Below, in pieces: positions 29,372 to 38,983 of a stretch of DNA of 64,000 nt; position 1 is the stretch's first letter; the number at the start of each line of letters is the position of its first letter. The notes under the pieces are model-generated. The model saw only the letters and a program-made list of their open reading frames with translations, was not told the DNA's origin and did not search any database. The DNA is taken from positions 3,200,001 to 3,264,000 of the forward strand of contig CBDBDQ010000005.1 in assembly GCA_965203905.1 (NCBI GenBank). Direction: 5' to 3'. This stretch comes from Spirochaetia bacterium. GTDB taxonomy: Bacteria > Spirochaetota > Spirochaetia > SZUA-6 > Bin103. Position numbers and translations under genes: made by a program.

Positions 29372-30121
29372 TTACGGGCCAGGCGCCTCCATCCGCGCCT
29401 GGTGCAGCGCCAGGGCCAGGCCGGCGTAGTCGCCGAGCCCCTGCGGCGCGTAGCCGAGGGATCGCGCGGCCCGGTCCCCGTACAGGCAGGCCATGACCGT
29501 GGGCCGGTCGCGCCGCGCCAGGAGCGGTTGCAGCACCTGCCGCGTGTAGGCCAGCTCGTCGCCATCCAGAGCCGGCTGCCGACACCCCGCCCGGGCCATC
29601 GCATACCCCTCCTGGGCCAGCATCTCTCCCAGCGACAGCGCCTCTCCGTGGGCGAGCAGGTAGGCGGCGCGATGCACCACCGTGGCAGCTTCCTCCCGCA
29701 CCCGGGCGCGGGACGGCGGATCTGCGGTCCACACCGTTGCCGTCAGCCAGCCGCGGGAGAGCAGCGCCCCGGTTTCGAAGCGGTTCGTATAGTCGTTGGT
29801 ATAGCGGTTGGTCCAGCCGCCCCCGGCGTCGTCCACCACCACCAGGGCAGCCCGAAAGCTGGCCGCCACGGCGCGCTGCACGTCCGCGGCCCGCTCCACC
29901 GCCTGCCTTGCAACGGCGTCGGCGTCCATGCTCAGCAACTCGTCGATGAGCCGAGGGACATGCTCCTTGCCCATCGGGTTCATGTTGACCAGCGGCAGCC
30001 GCAGGTCGCGCGTGTGCGGGTCGATCATGGTGTGGAGATAGGCGCGGAACCGGTTTCCGCCGCGCGGAATCGTATACAGGTCGCGTTGCACCTGCAGCAG
30101 CGGCACGTATTCGAGCAGCAT
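29372..30121 (-). CDS. Conserved hypothetical protein
   Basis: 249-aa ORF with genome-typical codon bias (NPMGKEHV, DD..GGWTNRY, CLYGD). Confidence 0.7.
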   Translation of the reverse strand: MLLEYVPLLQVQRDLYTIPRGGNRFRAYLHTMIDPHTRDLRLPLVNMNPMGKEHVPRLIDELLSMDADAVARQAVERAADVQRAVAASFRAALVVVDDAGGGWTNRYTNDYTNRFETGALLSRGWLTATVWTADPPSRARVREEAATVVHRAAYLLAHGEALSLGEMLAQEGYAMARAGCRQPALDGDELAYTRQVLQPLLARRDRPTVMACLYGDRAARSLGYAPQGLGDYAGLALALHQARMEAPGP

Positions 30122-30197
30122 GGTGGCGGCCTGTAACGTTACGGATTCTTAACCCGGCGTTCAAACCACCTTCAATCGCGGGTGAGAAGCTCACAGC

Positions 30198-31025
30198 ATG
30201 GAAGATGGAGCGTTAGCGAGTTACCTCGCGGATCTCAAGCGTCACCCGCTCCTGACCCGAGAAGAAGAGACGCGCTACGCGCGCGCCGCGCGGGCCGGCG
30301 ACCAGGTGGCCAAGGAGAAGCTGATCAACAGCAATCTCCGGTTCGTCGTCAACATCGCACGCCAGTATCAGCACCGCGGCATCCCGCTCGCCGATCTGGT
30401 CAGTGAAGGGAACATCGGGCTGCTCAAGGCGGCCGAGAAGTTCGACCCTGAACGAGGATTCCACTTTACCACCTACGCGGTCTGGTGGATCCGGCAGGCG
30501 ATCCTGAAGGCGCTGGAGGCGAGTTCGCGCACGATTCGGCTGCCGGCCCACGCCGCGGGCATCGTCGAGCGCATCGGCTGGGCGCGGACCGAGCTGAGCG
30601 AGCGCCTGAGCCGGGAGCCCAGCGTGCACGAGATCGCCACGTTTCTGGACCTTCCCCCGCAACGGGTTACCGAGCTGCTGGCCGTGTCGCGCGAACTGCT
30701 GTCGTTTGAAGCGCCGGCGTTCGACGACGGGACGGCGGCCCAGCTCGGTGACGCGGTGCGCGCCCCGGGCCGCTTACCCGAGGAAGAGGCGATGGCGGGC
30801 GTCCTCAAGGCGGACATCAACCACGTTCTGGACAGCCTGTCGCAGCGGGAGTCGGACATTTTGCAGAGTCGTTTCGGTCTCAACGGCCGCAAGCGCCTCA
30901 CGCTTACCGAGCTCGGACGGCGCTACCGTCTGACCAAGGAGCGCGTGCGCCAGATCGAAAAGCGCGCCTTGCAGCAGCTCCAGGTTTCGCTGCGGGTGCG
31001 CGTGCTGGAGGGCTACCTCGACTGA
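30198..31025 (+). CDS. RNA polymerase sigma-70 family factor (RpoD/RpoS-like, no region 1.1)
   Basis: NLRFVVNIARQY, DLVSEGNIGLLKAAEKFDPERGFHFTTYAVWWIRQAI, LTKERVRQIEKRAL. Confidence 0.95.
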   Translation: MEDGALASYLADLKRHPLLTREEETRYARAARAGDQVAKEKLINSNLRFVVNIARQYQHRGIPLADLVSEGNIGLLKAAEKFDPERGFHFTTYAVWWIRQAILKALEASSRTIRLPAHAAGIVERIGWARTELSERLSREPSVHEIATFLDLPPQRVTELLAVSRELLSFEAPAFDDGTAAQLGDAVRAPGRLPEEEAMAGVLKADINHVLDSLSQRESDILQSRFGLNGRKRLTLTELGRRYRLTKERVRQIEKRALQQLQVSLRVRVLEGYLD

Positions 31026-31044
31026 TCCTCCCGGCGGCGCTCGC

Positions 31045-31242
31045 TCAGCGCCGCCGCAGCCGCGCATCGAGCACGGCTATGGCGCGCCGCAGCACCGCCT
31101 TCTCCCGCCCCACCCGCTGGTCGAGCTGGTTCAGCAGCCGCAGCCGCAACTCTGCCAGTTCCCGGTCACGCCGTTTCCGGCGGCAGCGTTCGTCTGGCTT
31201 CGGCACCGCCCAAAAATAGCGCGGTTGTTCACCGCGGAACAT
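31045..31242 (-). CDS. Small hypothetical coiled-coil protein
   Basis: 65-aa basic helical ORF filling the gap between the sigma gene and msrA. Confidence 0.35.
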   Translation of the reverse strand: MFRGEQPRYFWAVPKPDERCRRKRRDRELAELRLRLLNQLDQRVGREKAVLRRAIAVLDARLRRR

Positions 31243-31342
31243 AATTGTACCGATGAATACATTGATGTAGTGTGGCCGGAAGTCGGCCGCGTATGACGGG
31301 ACGAGAACGACGCCGCGAGGTGGCGGATTTCGGAAGTTGGCC

Positions 31343-31879
31343 ATGAAAGATAACGAGTTGGGGCAGGCCGTCGCCACCCTGGGCGGGGGCTGTTTCTGGT
31401 GCGTGGAGGCGGTCTACCTGCGCGCGGGCGGGGTGAGCAAGGTGGTGTCCGGCTACGCCGGCGGCAACACCGCCGACCCGACCTACGAAGCGATCTGCAG
31501 CGGTCGCACCGGTCACGCCGAGGTGGTGCAGGTAACGTTCGACGCCGCGGTGGTGAGCTACGAACGGATCCTCGATCTGTTCTGGCAGGCCCACGATCCC
31601 ACGACACTGAACCGTCAAGGCCACGACGTGGGGACGCAGTACCGCTCGATCATCCTTACCCATGACGACTATCAGCAGCGCAGTGCCGAGGCGTCGCGAG
31701 ATGCGGCGCAGGTGCGGTTCCGGCGGCCGATCGTCACCGAGATCGAGCCGCTGCAACGGTTCTATCCGGCCGAGGATTACCACCAGGACTACTTCGCGCG
31801 CAATCCCCGCGCTCCCTACTGCCGCTACGTCATCGTGCCCAAGTTGAACAAGCTGGCGCGCAAGGGACCGGTGGGCTGA
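31343..31879 (+). CDS. msrA: Peptide-methionine (S)-S-oxide reductase
   Basis: GGGCFWC, GYAGG, TGHAEVVQ, HDPTTLNRQGHDVGTQYRS, AEDYHQDY. Confidence 0.97.
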   Translation: MKDNELGQAVATLGGGCFWCVEAVYLRAGGVSKVVSGYAGGNTADPTYEAICSGRTGHAEVVQVTFDAAVVSYERILDLFWQAHDPTTLNRQGHDVGTQYRSIILTHDDYQQRSAEASRDAAQVRFRRPIVTEIEPLQRFYPAEDYHQDYFARNPRAPYCRYVIVPKLNKLARKGPVG

Positions 31880-31885
31880 ACTGCC

Positions 31886-33160
31886 ATGCGCCGCCGCAAC
31901 ATCGGGTTCGTTTCCTTCCGTTTCGCCGGCACCGACGGCGTGTCGCTGGAGACCTCCAAGTGGGCCACGGTGCTGGAGCGCATGGGACACCGCTGCTACT
32001 ACTGCGGTGGCGAGCTGGAGACTCCCCCCGAGTGCTCGATCCTGCTTCCCAAGGCCCATTTCAAGCATCCCGAGGTCCAGGAAATCGCCGGCACCCTGTT
32101 CGAAACCGACATCCGCAAGCCGTCGGTTACCAAGCACATCCATGAGCTGCGGGAGGAGCTGAAGAAGGGCCTCCACGAGTTCATCGAGCGGTTCTCCCTG
32201 GACGTGCTGATCGCCGAGAACACGCTGTCGATTCCGCTCAACATTCCGCTTGGCCTGGCCATCACCGAGGTGATCGCCGAGACCCGCATCGCCACCATCG
32301 CCCATCACCACGACTTCACCTGGGAACGCAAGCGGTTCATGGTCAGTTCCGTGTCCGACTACCTGCGCAACGCCTTCCCGCCGCGATTGCACTCGGTGGT
32401 GCACGTGGTGATCAACAGCACGGCGCGCAACCAGTTGGCGCTGCGCTCGGGGGCCAACGCCTACCTGATTCCCAACGTGATGGATTTCGACAACCCGCCG
32501 GCGGGCATCGACGGCTACAACGCCGACGTGCGGGAAGCACTGGGGCTGGCCGCGGACGATACCTTCGTGCTGCAACCGACGCGGGTGGTGCAGCGCAAGG
32601 GCATCGAGCATGCCATCGAACTGGTAAAGCACCTGGGCCAGGACGGGAAGATGATCCTGGTGATTTCGCACGCCTCGGGCGACGAGGGCTTCGAGTACCA
32701 GGAGCGGGTCAGAAACTACGCCAAGCTGCTGGGGATCCGCTCCCTGTTCGTGGACGAATTGATAGACCACCGCCGCGGGACCACGGCGGACGGCCGCAAG
32801 GTGTACTGCCTGGACGATGTCTACCCGCACGCCGACCTGGTGACCTACCCCTCCCTGTTCGAGGGCTTCGGCAATGCGTTCCTGGAAGCGGTCTACCACC
32901 GCAAGCCGATCTTCGTGAACAATTATTCGATCTACGCCAGCGACATCCGCCCCAAGGGATTCCGCACCATCCTCATGGACGAGTTCATCTCCGACCGCGT
33001 GCTGGGGGAGGCGAAGCGGTTCCTGGGGGATGCCGACTACCGGCAGTGGGCGGTGGACTACAACTACACCGTGGCGCGCAAGCACTACTCCTACCGCGTG
33101 CTGGAGTCCAGCCTGAGCCACATCCTGATGAGCTTTTTCGGGCTGGACGATCCCGACTGA
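31886..33160 (+). CDS. Glycosyltransferase family 4 (mannosylglucosylglycerate-synthase-like)
   Basis: RFAGTDGVSLET, HHHDF.WER, PTRVVQRKGIEHAI, YPSLFEGFGNAFLEA. Confidence 0.88.
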   Translation: MRRRNIGFVSFRFAGTDGVSLETSKWATVLERMGHRCYYCGGELETPPECSILLPKAHFKHPEVQEIAGTLFETDIRKPSVTKHIHELREELKKGLHEFIERFSLDVLIAENTLSIPLNIPLGLAITEVIAETRIATIAHHHDFTWERKRFMVSSVSDYLRNAFPPRLHSVVHVVINSTARNQLALRSGANAYLIPNVMDFDNPPAGIDGYNADVREALGLAADDTFVLQPTRVVQRKGIEHAIELVKHLGQDGKMILVISHASGDEGFEYQERVRNYAKLLGIRSLFVDELIDHRRGTTADGRKVYCLDDVYPHADLVTYPSLFEGFGNAFLEAVYHRKPIFVNNYSIYASDIRPKGFRTILMDEFISDRVLGEAKRFLGDADYRQWAVDYNYTVARKHYSYRVLESSLSHILMSFFGLDDPD

Positions 33161-33238
33161 ACCGGCCGCGGGCGCCGCAGATTCCGGATACCGAGTTGGC
33201 CGGCCTCACCGCCGTGACCTGGTGTATGCTGCGGCGGC

Positions 33239-34417
33239 ATGAAGATCACCGCGATCAAGAGCTTTCCGGTGTGGGCCGGACACCGCAACCTGTTCGTCCT
33301 CAAGATCGAGAGTGACGACGGCTCCTACGGCTACGGCGAGGCCGGCCTGTCGGGCCGCGAGCTGGCCGTGCAGGGGGCGGTCGACCACTTCCGCCGTTTC
33401 CTCATCGGCCAGGATCCGCGCCGCATAGGCGCCTTGTGGCAGCTCATCTACCGCAGCCAGTACTTCGAGGGCGGCCGGGTCCTCACGGCGGCGCTGTCGG
33501 CGATCGACATCGCCCTGCACGACCTGGTGGCGCGCAGCCTCGGGGTGCCGGTGTACCAGCTCCTGGGAGGCAAGCAGCGCGACCGGGTGCCCTGCTTCGT
33601 GACCGCCAGTTCGCGTCCCGGGCCGGGCATCATCGAAGAGGTCGAGGGCCTCATCGGCGCCGGCTGGAACTGCATCCGGACGGGCTGGGGGTATCCCGCC
33701 GTGGACAACCCCATCGAGGGCGCCGACAGCGACGGCACGGTGTACGAGCCGCGCGCATCGATCGGCACCACCGCCGAGTGGCTGGTCAAGCTGCGCGAAG
33801 CGGTGGGGCGGCGCGCGGCGCTGGGCATCGACTACCACCACCGGCTGTCGGTGGGGGAGGCGGCGTCGTTCTGCCAGGCGATGCCCACCGGCACGCTGGA
33901 CTTCCTGGAGGAGCCGATCCGCGACGAAAGCCCGGAAGCCTATCAGGCGTTGCAGCGCATGACGCCGGTGCCGCTGGCGATCGGCGAGGAATTCGCCAGC
34001 AAGTGGCAGTTCCTGCCCTACGTGGAGCGCGGCATACCAGCCTACGCGCGGCTCGACATCTGCAACGTCGGCGGCTTTACCGAGGCGATGAAGGTGGTGG
34101 GCTGGTGCGAGGCGCACTACATCGACCTGATGCCGCACAACCCCCTGGGACCGGTCAGCACCGCCGCCAACATCCACCTCGCGGCGGCCACGCCGCTGTA
34201 CGCCTGGCTGGAGGAACGCTCGCCGGAGCGCGGCTTCCACTTCGACCCGGAGCTGTTTCCGGTGCAGCCGATGCTAGAGGGCGTGTTTCACCGGGTGCCG
34301 GACACGCCCGGCCTCGGGGTGGAGTTCAACGAGGACGCGCCCGCGGTGCAGAAGGCGTTCGAGTTCTGGGAGAACCCGCACCTGCGCCGGCGCGACGGCT
34401 CGCACACCAACTGGTGA
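33239..34417 (+). CDS. Mandelate racemase / galactonate dehydratase-like enolase-superfamily enzyme
   Basis: MKITAIK, GYGEA, SAIDIALHD, IDYH, LEEP, IGEE, PHNPLGP, PGLGVEFNE. Confidence 0.92.
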   Translation: MKITAIKSFPVWAGHRNLFVLKIESDDGSYGYGEAGLSGRELAVQGAVDHFRRFLIGQDPRRIGALWQLIYRSQYFEGGRVLTAALSAIDIALHDLVARSLGVPVYQLLGGKQRDRVPCFVTASSRPGPGIIEEVEGLIGAGWNCIRTGWGYPAVDNPIEGADSDGTVYEPRASIGTTAEWLVKLREAVGRRAALGIDYHHRLSVGEAASFCQAMPTGTLDFLEEPIRDESPEAYQALQRMTPVPLAIGEEFASKWQFLPYVERGIPAYARLDICNVGGFTEAMKVVGWCEAHYIDLMPHNPLGPVSTAANIHLAAATPLYAWLEERSPERGFHFDPELFPVQPMLEGVFHRVPDTPGLGVEFNEDAPAVQKAFEFWENPHLRRRDGSHTNW

Positions 34418-34437
34418 CGCCGGAGGCGCGGCGGGCC

Positions 34438-34500
34438 ATGTCCCGCTACGGCGAGCGGGCCGTCGCGCCGACACCGGTGAACCGCATGATGGCGACGTGG
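34438..34500 (+). pseudogene. N-terminal stub of a probable PLP-dependent aminotransferase
   Basis: MSRYGERAVAPTPVNRMMA follows the enolase with GC-rich codons, then composition changes abruptly. A matching C-terminal fragment lies at 37990-38338. Confidence 0.4.
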
Positions 34501-34553
34501 CGGCCGACTGCCGCACCGGATTGGCTGTGCATGCAGGGTACCCGAGGTTCGTC

Positions 34554-35444
34554 CTACCCCTTTATTCCGGTCATGGTAATTCCCTGTACAAAGAACCGCT
34601 GTCCAACAATAAACAGCGCCACAATCGGTATGATACTCACCACACTCCCCGCCATCAGCAGGTCCCAGCGAAATATCTCCCCACCACCGAACTCCGCAAA
34701 ATACCCCGTCAAACCTACGGTCAGCGTCATCTTCTCGCGACTGCCCAGGTAAATCACGGGCCTGATAAGCTCCTCCCACCGCCACATGAAGGTGAGCACC
34801 GCCAGCGTGGCCAGTGCAGGTTTCGCCAATGGCAGGAATATCCGCCCGAAAATCGTGAAGGGACCGGCCCCGTCCATCGCCGCGGCATCCTCCAGTTCCT
34901 GCGGGACCGTAAGGAAGAATTGACGAAGCAGAAACGTCCCGAACGGATTCCCGAAGAAGTCGGGCAGGTACAGCGGAATATGGGTATTTATCACTCCCAG
35001 CGCTCTCATTACGAAGAATATCGGGATCAGCGTGACCTCCCCGGGCAACATCAACGTAGACAGCAGCAGAGCGAATATGAGATTCCTCCCCGGAAAGCTC
35101 AGCCTGGCGAACGCGAATGCCGCCAGCGCACTGCTCAAAACCACACCTGCCGTGGACAGCAGACTCACCTTGAAACTATTGAAGACGAAGCGGCCGAACG
35201 GCATGACGACGAATATATCCGTGTAGTTGCTCCACCTCCGGACGCGGGGAAACCACTTGGGCGGGAAGCTGAATATCTCGGCAACACTCTTCAGGGACGC
35301 GGACAGCATCCACAGGAAAGGCAGCAGAAAGGCCAGTCCGACCAATATCAACAGCACGTAGAAGAACAGATTGACGGCCGCCCTTCCCGCCAACTGGTTG
35401 CGGCGGTTCAACGCAAGCGACGACATGAGATTATCGCGCATCAT
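34554..35444 (-). CDS. Carbohydrate ABC transporter permease (MalG-like)
   Basis: PFLWMLSASLK, FLLRQFFLTVPQELEDAAAMDGA (EAA), QRFFVQGI. Confidence 0.94.
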   Translation of the reverse strand: MMRDNLMSSLALNRRNQLAGRAAVNLFFYVLLILVGLAFLLPFLWMLSASLKSVAEIFSFPPKWFPRVRRWSNYTDIFVVMPFGRFVFNSFKVSLLSTAGVVLSSALAAFAFARLSFPGRNLIFALLLSTLMLPGEVTLIPIFFVMRALGVINTHIPLYLPDFFGNPFGTFLLRQFFLTVPQELEDAAAMDGAGPFTIFGRIFLPLAKPALATLAVLTFMWRWEELIRPVIYLGSREKMTLTVGLTGYFAEFGGGEIFRWDLLMAGSVVSIIPIVALFIVGQRFFVQGITMTGIKG

Positions 35445-35454
35445 CCTTCGGCAC

Positions 35455-36363
35455 CTAATAGTGCACCCAACTCTTTCTCAGTCGAAACTGAATCAGAGTG
35501 AAGAACATCACGATGACGAACAGCACTAGACCGACCGCCGAGGCGTACCCCATGCGGAAGTCTTCGAAGGCGCTCACGAAGACGAAGTAGCCCAATGTCG
35601 TCGTCGACCATCGCGGCCCACCTTCCGTCATGACGTATATCTGCGAAAACACCTGAAGTGAATTGATCGTGCTCACCACGGCGACAAAGAACGTCGTGGG
35701 GGACACCAACGGAAGCGTAACGTGCAGGAACCTCCTCCATGGGCCAGATCCATCGATCGTTGCCGAATCATACAAATCCCTGGGAATGTCTTGCAAACCG
35801 GCGAGGAATATCATCATTCCGACGCCCAGACTCTTCCATACGCTCATGATCGCCACCGCAGCCATGGCCCACGCGGGGTCGGTCAACCAACCTGGGCCGG
35901 ATACGCCTAACAGGGTCTTCAGGACGTAATTGATCAATCCGAACTCCTTACCGTACATCATCGTCCACAGTAGAGAAATCGCCACTACTGAAGAGACCAC
36001 GGGAAGAAAGTAGACGGTTCGGAATGCCACAATGCCTTTCAGATCTCGATTCACCAACATTGCAAGGAGCAGCGAGAGTATCGTGTGAGCCGGTACGTAG
36101 AGTATGGCGAAGTAGATGGTGTTCCACACCGCCTTGGGAAACAGCGGACTCGCGAACAACCTCTGGAAATTATCGAGTCCGTTCCATCTGGGAGGAGAGA
36201 GGACATCATACTCCAAAAAGGAGAAGAAAACGGCCGCCACCATCGCCCCCAAGCTGAAGAAGATCAGGTAGAAAATGGTGGGGAGGACAAACAGATATGC
36301 TACACGGGCGTTCTTGATGTTCCTCCTGGCAACCGCCTTCGAGGTGGTAGTCGATTCTGCCAC
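35455..36363 (-). CDS. Carbohydrate ABC transporter permease (MalF-like)
   Basis: AYLFVLP, GLDNF, FRTVYFLP, FLAGLQDIPRDLYDSATIDG, TEGGP, MGYASA. Confidence 0.94.
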   Translation of the reverse strand: MAESTTTSKAVARRNIKNARVAYLFVLPTIFYLIFFSLGAMVAAVFFSFLEYDVLSPPRWNGLDNFQRLFASPLFPKAVWNTIYFAILYVPAHTILSLLLAMLVNRDLKGIVAFRTVYFLPVVSSVVAISLLWTMMYGKEFGLINYVLKTLLGVSGPGWLTDPAWAMAAVAIMSVWKSLGVGMMIFLAGLQDIPRDLYDSATIDGSGPWRRFLHVTLPLVSPTTFFVAVVSTINSLQVFSQIYVMTEGGPRWSTTTLGYFVFVSAFEDFRMGYASAVGLVLFVIVMFFTLIQFRLRKSWVHY

Positions 36364-36437
36364 GTGGGTCTCCCGTGCTCTGTTCGCGTGCGCCGATGCT
36401 CGGATTCAGGTACGCATGTGCATCGCAAGGAAAATGA

Positions 36438-36478
36438 GCACCCCGGCGGGAATATTCCCACCGGGGTGCATGTTCTCT
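36438..36478 (-). terminator. Intercistronic stem-loop / intrinsic terminator after the SBP gene
   Basis: Minus strand reads GCACCCCGGTGGGAATATTCCCGCCGGGGTGC (near-perfect inverted repeat, one G:U pair), followed by TCATTTTCC. Confidence 0.7.
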
Positions 36479-36503
36479 CGACGCCGGGAACGAAGAATGA
36501 GGT

Positions 36504-37811
36504 CTATCTCGAGAGCGCTTCGTTGATCGTGGCGGTGGCCTCCGCTGCCGCCTCCGCCACGGTCACGTGTCCGCCTCTATACGAGCTCATCATATCGTTT
36601 ACGGCCCGTCTGATTTCCGGCAGCGTCCGTAGACCCACATCCCAATAGGGCGCACGCCTCCCATAGACTTCGACGGTCTCCTGAACGACCCCGATATTGT
36701 GGGGCGTCATGCCCTCCTGGTCTGCAGTCCACACGTCAGCAAGGGCTCTGTTTCCGGTGAAATTGCCGCCCAGTATGAGGTTGTCCACGCTCAGATTGTT
36801 GTAGTACCACTTGAAGAATGCCCAAGCCTCTTCAGGGTGCTCGGTATTCGCCGATATCGAATGAGCAGGGTCGCCGAACAGGGCTATCTTTCGTCCCTCC
36901 GGTCCCTCCGGAAGCAACGCAATGTCCCAGCGGAAATCCTCTATTTCCCTGAACCGCTGGATATTGTACGCCGAATTCGGCCGCATGGCGACTTTTCCCG
37001 TGAAGAACAGTTCGCCCAGCCCGTCGGCCATCTCCGGCGTTGGCGCGACGCCATGCTTGTGGATCAGGTCAGCATCGTACTGCAGACCGGCCAATGACCC
37101 CGGAGAGAGGAGATTCGATTCGGAAAGATCCTCGTTGAGGACGGTCCCTCCGAAGGATGGTATGAGACTATGAATCCAATAGCCGCCCCCCGGCACGATT
37201 CCCCACTGATCGGGGGTTCCATCGCCGTCTTCATCAACCGTCAGCTCCTTGGCGACCTCCAGCAGCTTGTCATAGTCCCACGTGGAGTCCGGGTAGGGTA
37301 TTCCTGCGTCGTCAAAGATGTCCTTGTTGTACATGAGGACACCCGTTCCGACCATGGAGTAGATGCCATAGAAGCCGTCCGCCCCTGCCACGTATCCGCG
37401 ATTCCAGCTTTCCTCGAAGAAGTCGTCCTTGTCGACGTCTCCTCTTTCGAGAAAGGGCGTCAGATCGAGTAGGTGTCCATTGGCGACGAATGCGCCCTTG
37501 TAGTCGGCCGCCATCTCCATTATGTCCGGCTCGTCACCAGACGCAAACAGTGTCTGCAGCTTTTGCCAATACGTCGACCAGGGAAACATCTCGTATTCGA
37601 TCTCGATTCCGGGATGCGCCTCGTTGAAGGGTCCTACGATGTGATTCTCGTAGGTGTCTACCGACTGACTGATCCACGACGTCATTTCCAGAGTAACTGG
37701 TCCCGCCGCCGCTTCGGTCTCACCGGAGGCAAAGCCAAGAACAGCTAGACTCATCAGTGCCGCAAGACACACGGGAAAGATCAGCCTTTTCAGTTTCCTC
37801 GTATTTTTCAT
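36504..37811 (-). CDS. Sugar ABC transporter substrate-binding protein, family 1
   Basis: Signal peptide ending LGFASGETEAAAG, FNEAHPGIEIE, PDI, LMYNKDIFDDAGI, FFTGKVAM, EEAWAFFKW. AAGGAG RBS. Confidence 0.92.
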   Translation of the reverse strand: MKNTRKLKRLIFPVCLAALMSLAVLGFASGETEAAAGPVTLEMTSWISQSVDTYENHIVGPFNEAHPGIEIEYEMFPWSTYWQKLQTLFASGDEPDIMEMAADYKGAFVANGHLLDLTPFLERGDVDKDDFFEESWNRGYVAGADGFYGIYSMVGTGVLMYNKDIFDDAGIPYPDSTWDYDKLLEVAKELTVDEDGDGTPDQWGIVPGGGYWIHSLIPSFGGTVLNEDLSESNLLSPGSLAGLQYDADLIHKHGVAPTPEMADGLGELFFTGKVAMRPNSAYNIQRFREIEDFRWDIALLPEGPEGRKIALFGDPAHSISANTEHPEEAWAFFKWYYNNLSVDNLILGGNFTGNRALADVWTADQEGMTPHNIGVVQETVEVYGRRAPYWDVGLRTLPEIRRAVNDMMSSYRGGHVTVAEAAAEATATINEALSR

Positions 37812-37946
37812 ACTGTCTCCTTGTAGCGAGCGTTCCTGATTGCCGGAATCCTCCGATTCTGGTAATCCGTGCACGTCAACAAAGTAACCCCCTCTGAGCA
37901 CAGTTTTGGATCAGCCAGATCAGGAATTCGGCAACACTGCGATGGT

Positions 37947-37975
37947 AGAGTACCCGGGGGGGGGGGGGAGGTCAA
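37947..37975 (-). promoter_or_regulatory. Sigma-70 promoter with a poly-C spacer upstream of the sugar ABC operon
   Basis: Minus strand: TTGACC (37975-37970), 17-nt spacer T-C13-GGG, TACTCT (37952-37947). Confidence 0.65.
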
Positions 37976-37989
37976 GGGGCCGCCGCTCG

Positions 37990-38338
37990 GCTGCAGCCGC
38001 CACCGCGCCGGGTGACGCGCGTCAACGCGGGCTACCGCGAGCAGGCGCGTGCCGGAATGTATTACCTGACCCTGCGCCGGACCCTGACCTGCGAGGAATC
38101 ACCCTTCTTCCGCTACCTCACCGCCACCACCGGCGACCCGCGGGTGGGCGGGGCCGCCGGCGAGCGGCCGCGGGTGCGCTACCTGCCCGGCGAGCACTGC
38201 GCGCACCCGGCTGGAGCGCTGGTCGCCGCGGACACCCGTCAACTCCGCATCTCCTACGGTTTCAAGGAGCAGCCCCGCATCGACGCCGCCCTGCAGGTCA
38301 TGCGCGAAGCAATCCGCTACGCCGCCGCGGACGGATAG
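37990..38338 (+). pseudogene. C-terminal fragment of a class I/II PLP-dependent aminotransferase
   Basis: YYLTL...VRYLPGEHC...QLRISYG...[12 protein letters not shown] is the typical aminotransferase small-domain ending. No PLP-binding core or clean start. Confidence 0.6.
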
Positions 38339-38472
38339 GGACACGACGGCAGTCGGGCGGCGGGGTCCCGCAGAGCCCACCAAATCTGCCCAACTAGTCC
38401 GTAAACCACGTCCAGCAGGCGAACCAGATGCATCGGTTTCATGGTCTCGGCGCCACGGAGTGGCTCTGCGTA

Positions 38473-38706
38473 CTATTCTGACAGCGCCAATTCGCGTACA
38501 TGAGCGAGGTCCTGCCTACAAACAGGGCGAAGCTGCGACGGCAGCACGGTGGCCACGGCCACGTTGACTCCGGTAAGCGTGACGATCTCCACTTCGTAGG
38601 CTGTCCCGTTCCCATGGACATGAACTGAAGTGCCTACGTCGCCAGCCTTTAGGCCCTCGTTCGGGATATCCTCTGTCAAGACGACAACGTCGTGCTCTTT
38701 GATCAT
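38473..38706 (-). CDS. DUF4926 domain protein (putative antitoxin)
   Basis: MIKEHDVVVLTEDIPNEGLKAGDVGT.VHVH...AYEVE is the DUF4926 signature. GGAGG RBS. Confidence 0.88.
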   Translation of the reverse strand: MIKEHDVVVLTEDIPNEGLKAGDVGTSVHVHGNGTAYEVEIVTLTGVNVAVATVLPSQLRPVCRQDLAHVRELALSE

Positions 38707-38708
38707 GC

Positions 38709-38983
38709 TCAAGCCTCCAAAGGATGGGCCGTGATAAGACGAGGGACTATTTCGCCATCGTCGATCTGCCATATGGTGCGCACACGTGGCTGTCGGTTGT
38801 CTGGAACCCGTAGCACGCCATCCACTGCATAGCGTACACCAAACTCCGTTTCCCTTACGCTGGTTACTTCGTAGCGTTGTCCATGTTCCTTCAATGCAGC
38901 AGCCAAATCCTCCCATACCTCTTGCCGAAATCCAAATTCGACAAAGAACCGGGCTTTGCTTGCCCCGTACAGATGCGAGGAGA
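38709..38983 (-). pseudogene. 5'-truncated DUF6883-like putative nuclease toxin
   Basis: SSHLYGASKARFFVEFGF...TEFGVRYAVDG...VRTIWQID....PRLITAHP. The N-terminus is missing and the fragment abuts the enolase duplicate. Confidence 0.7.
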
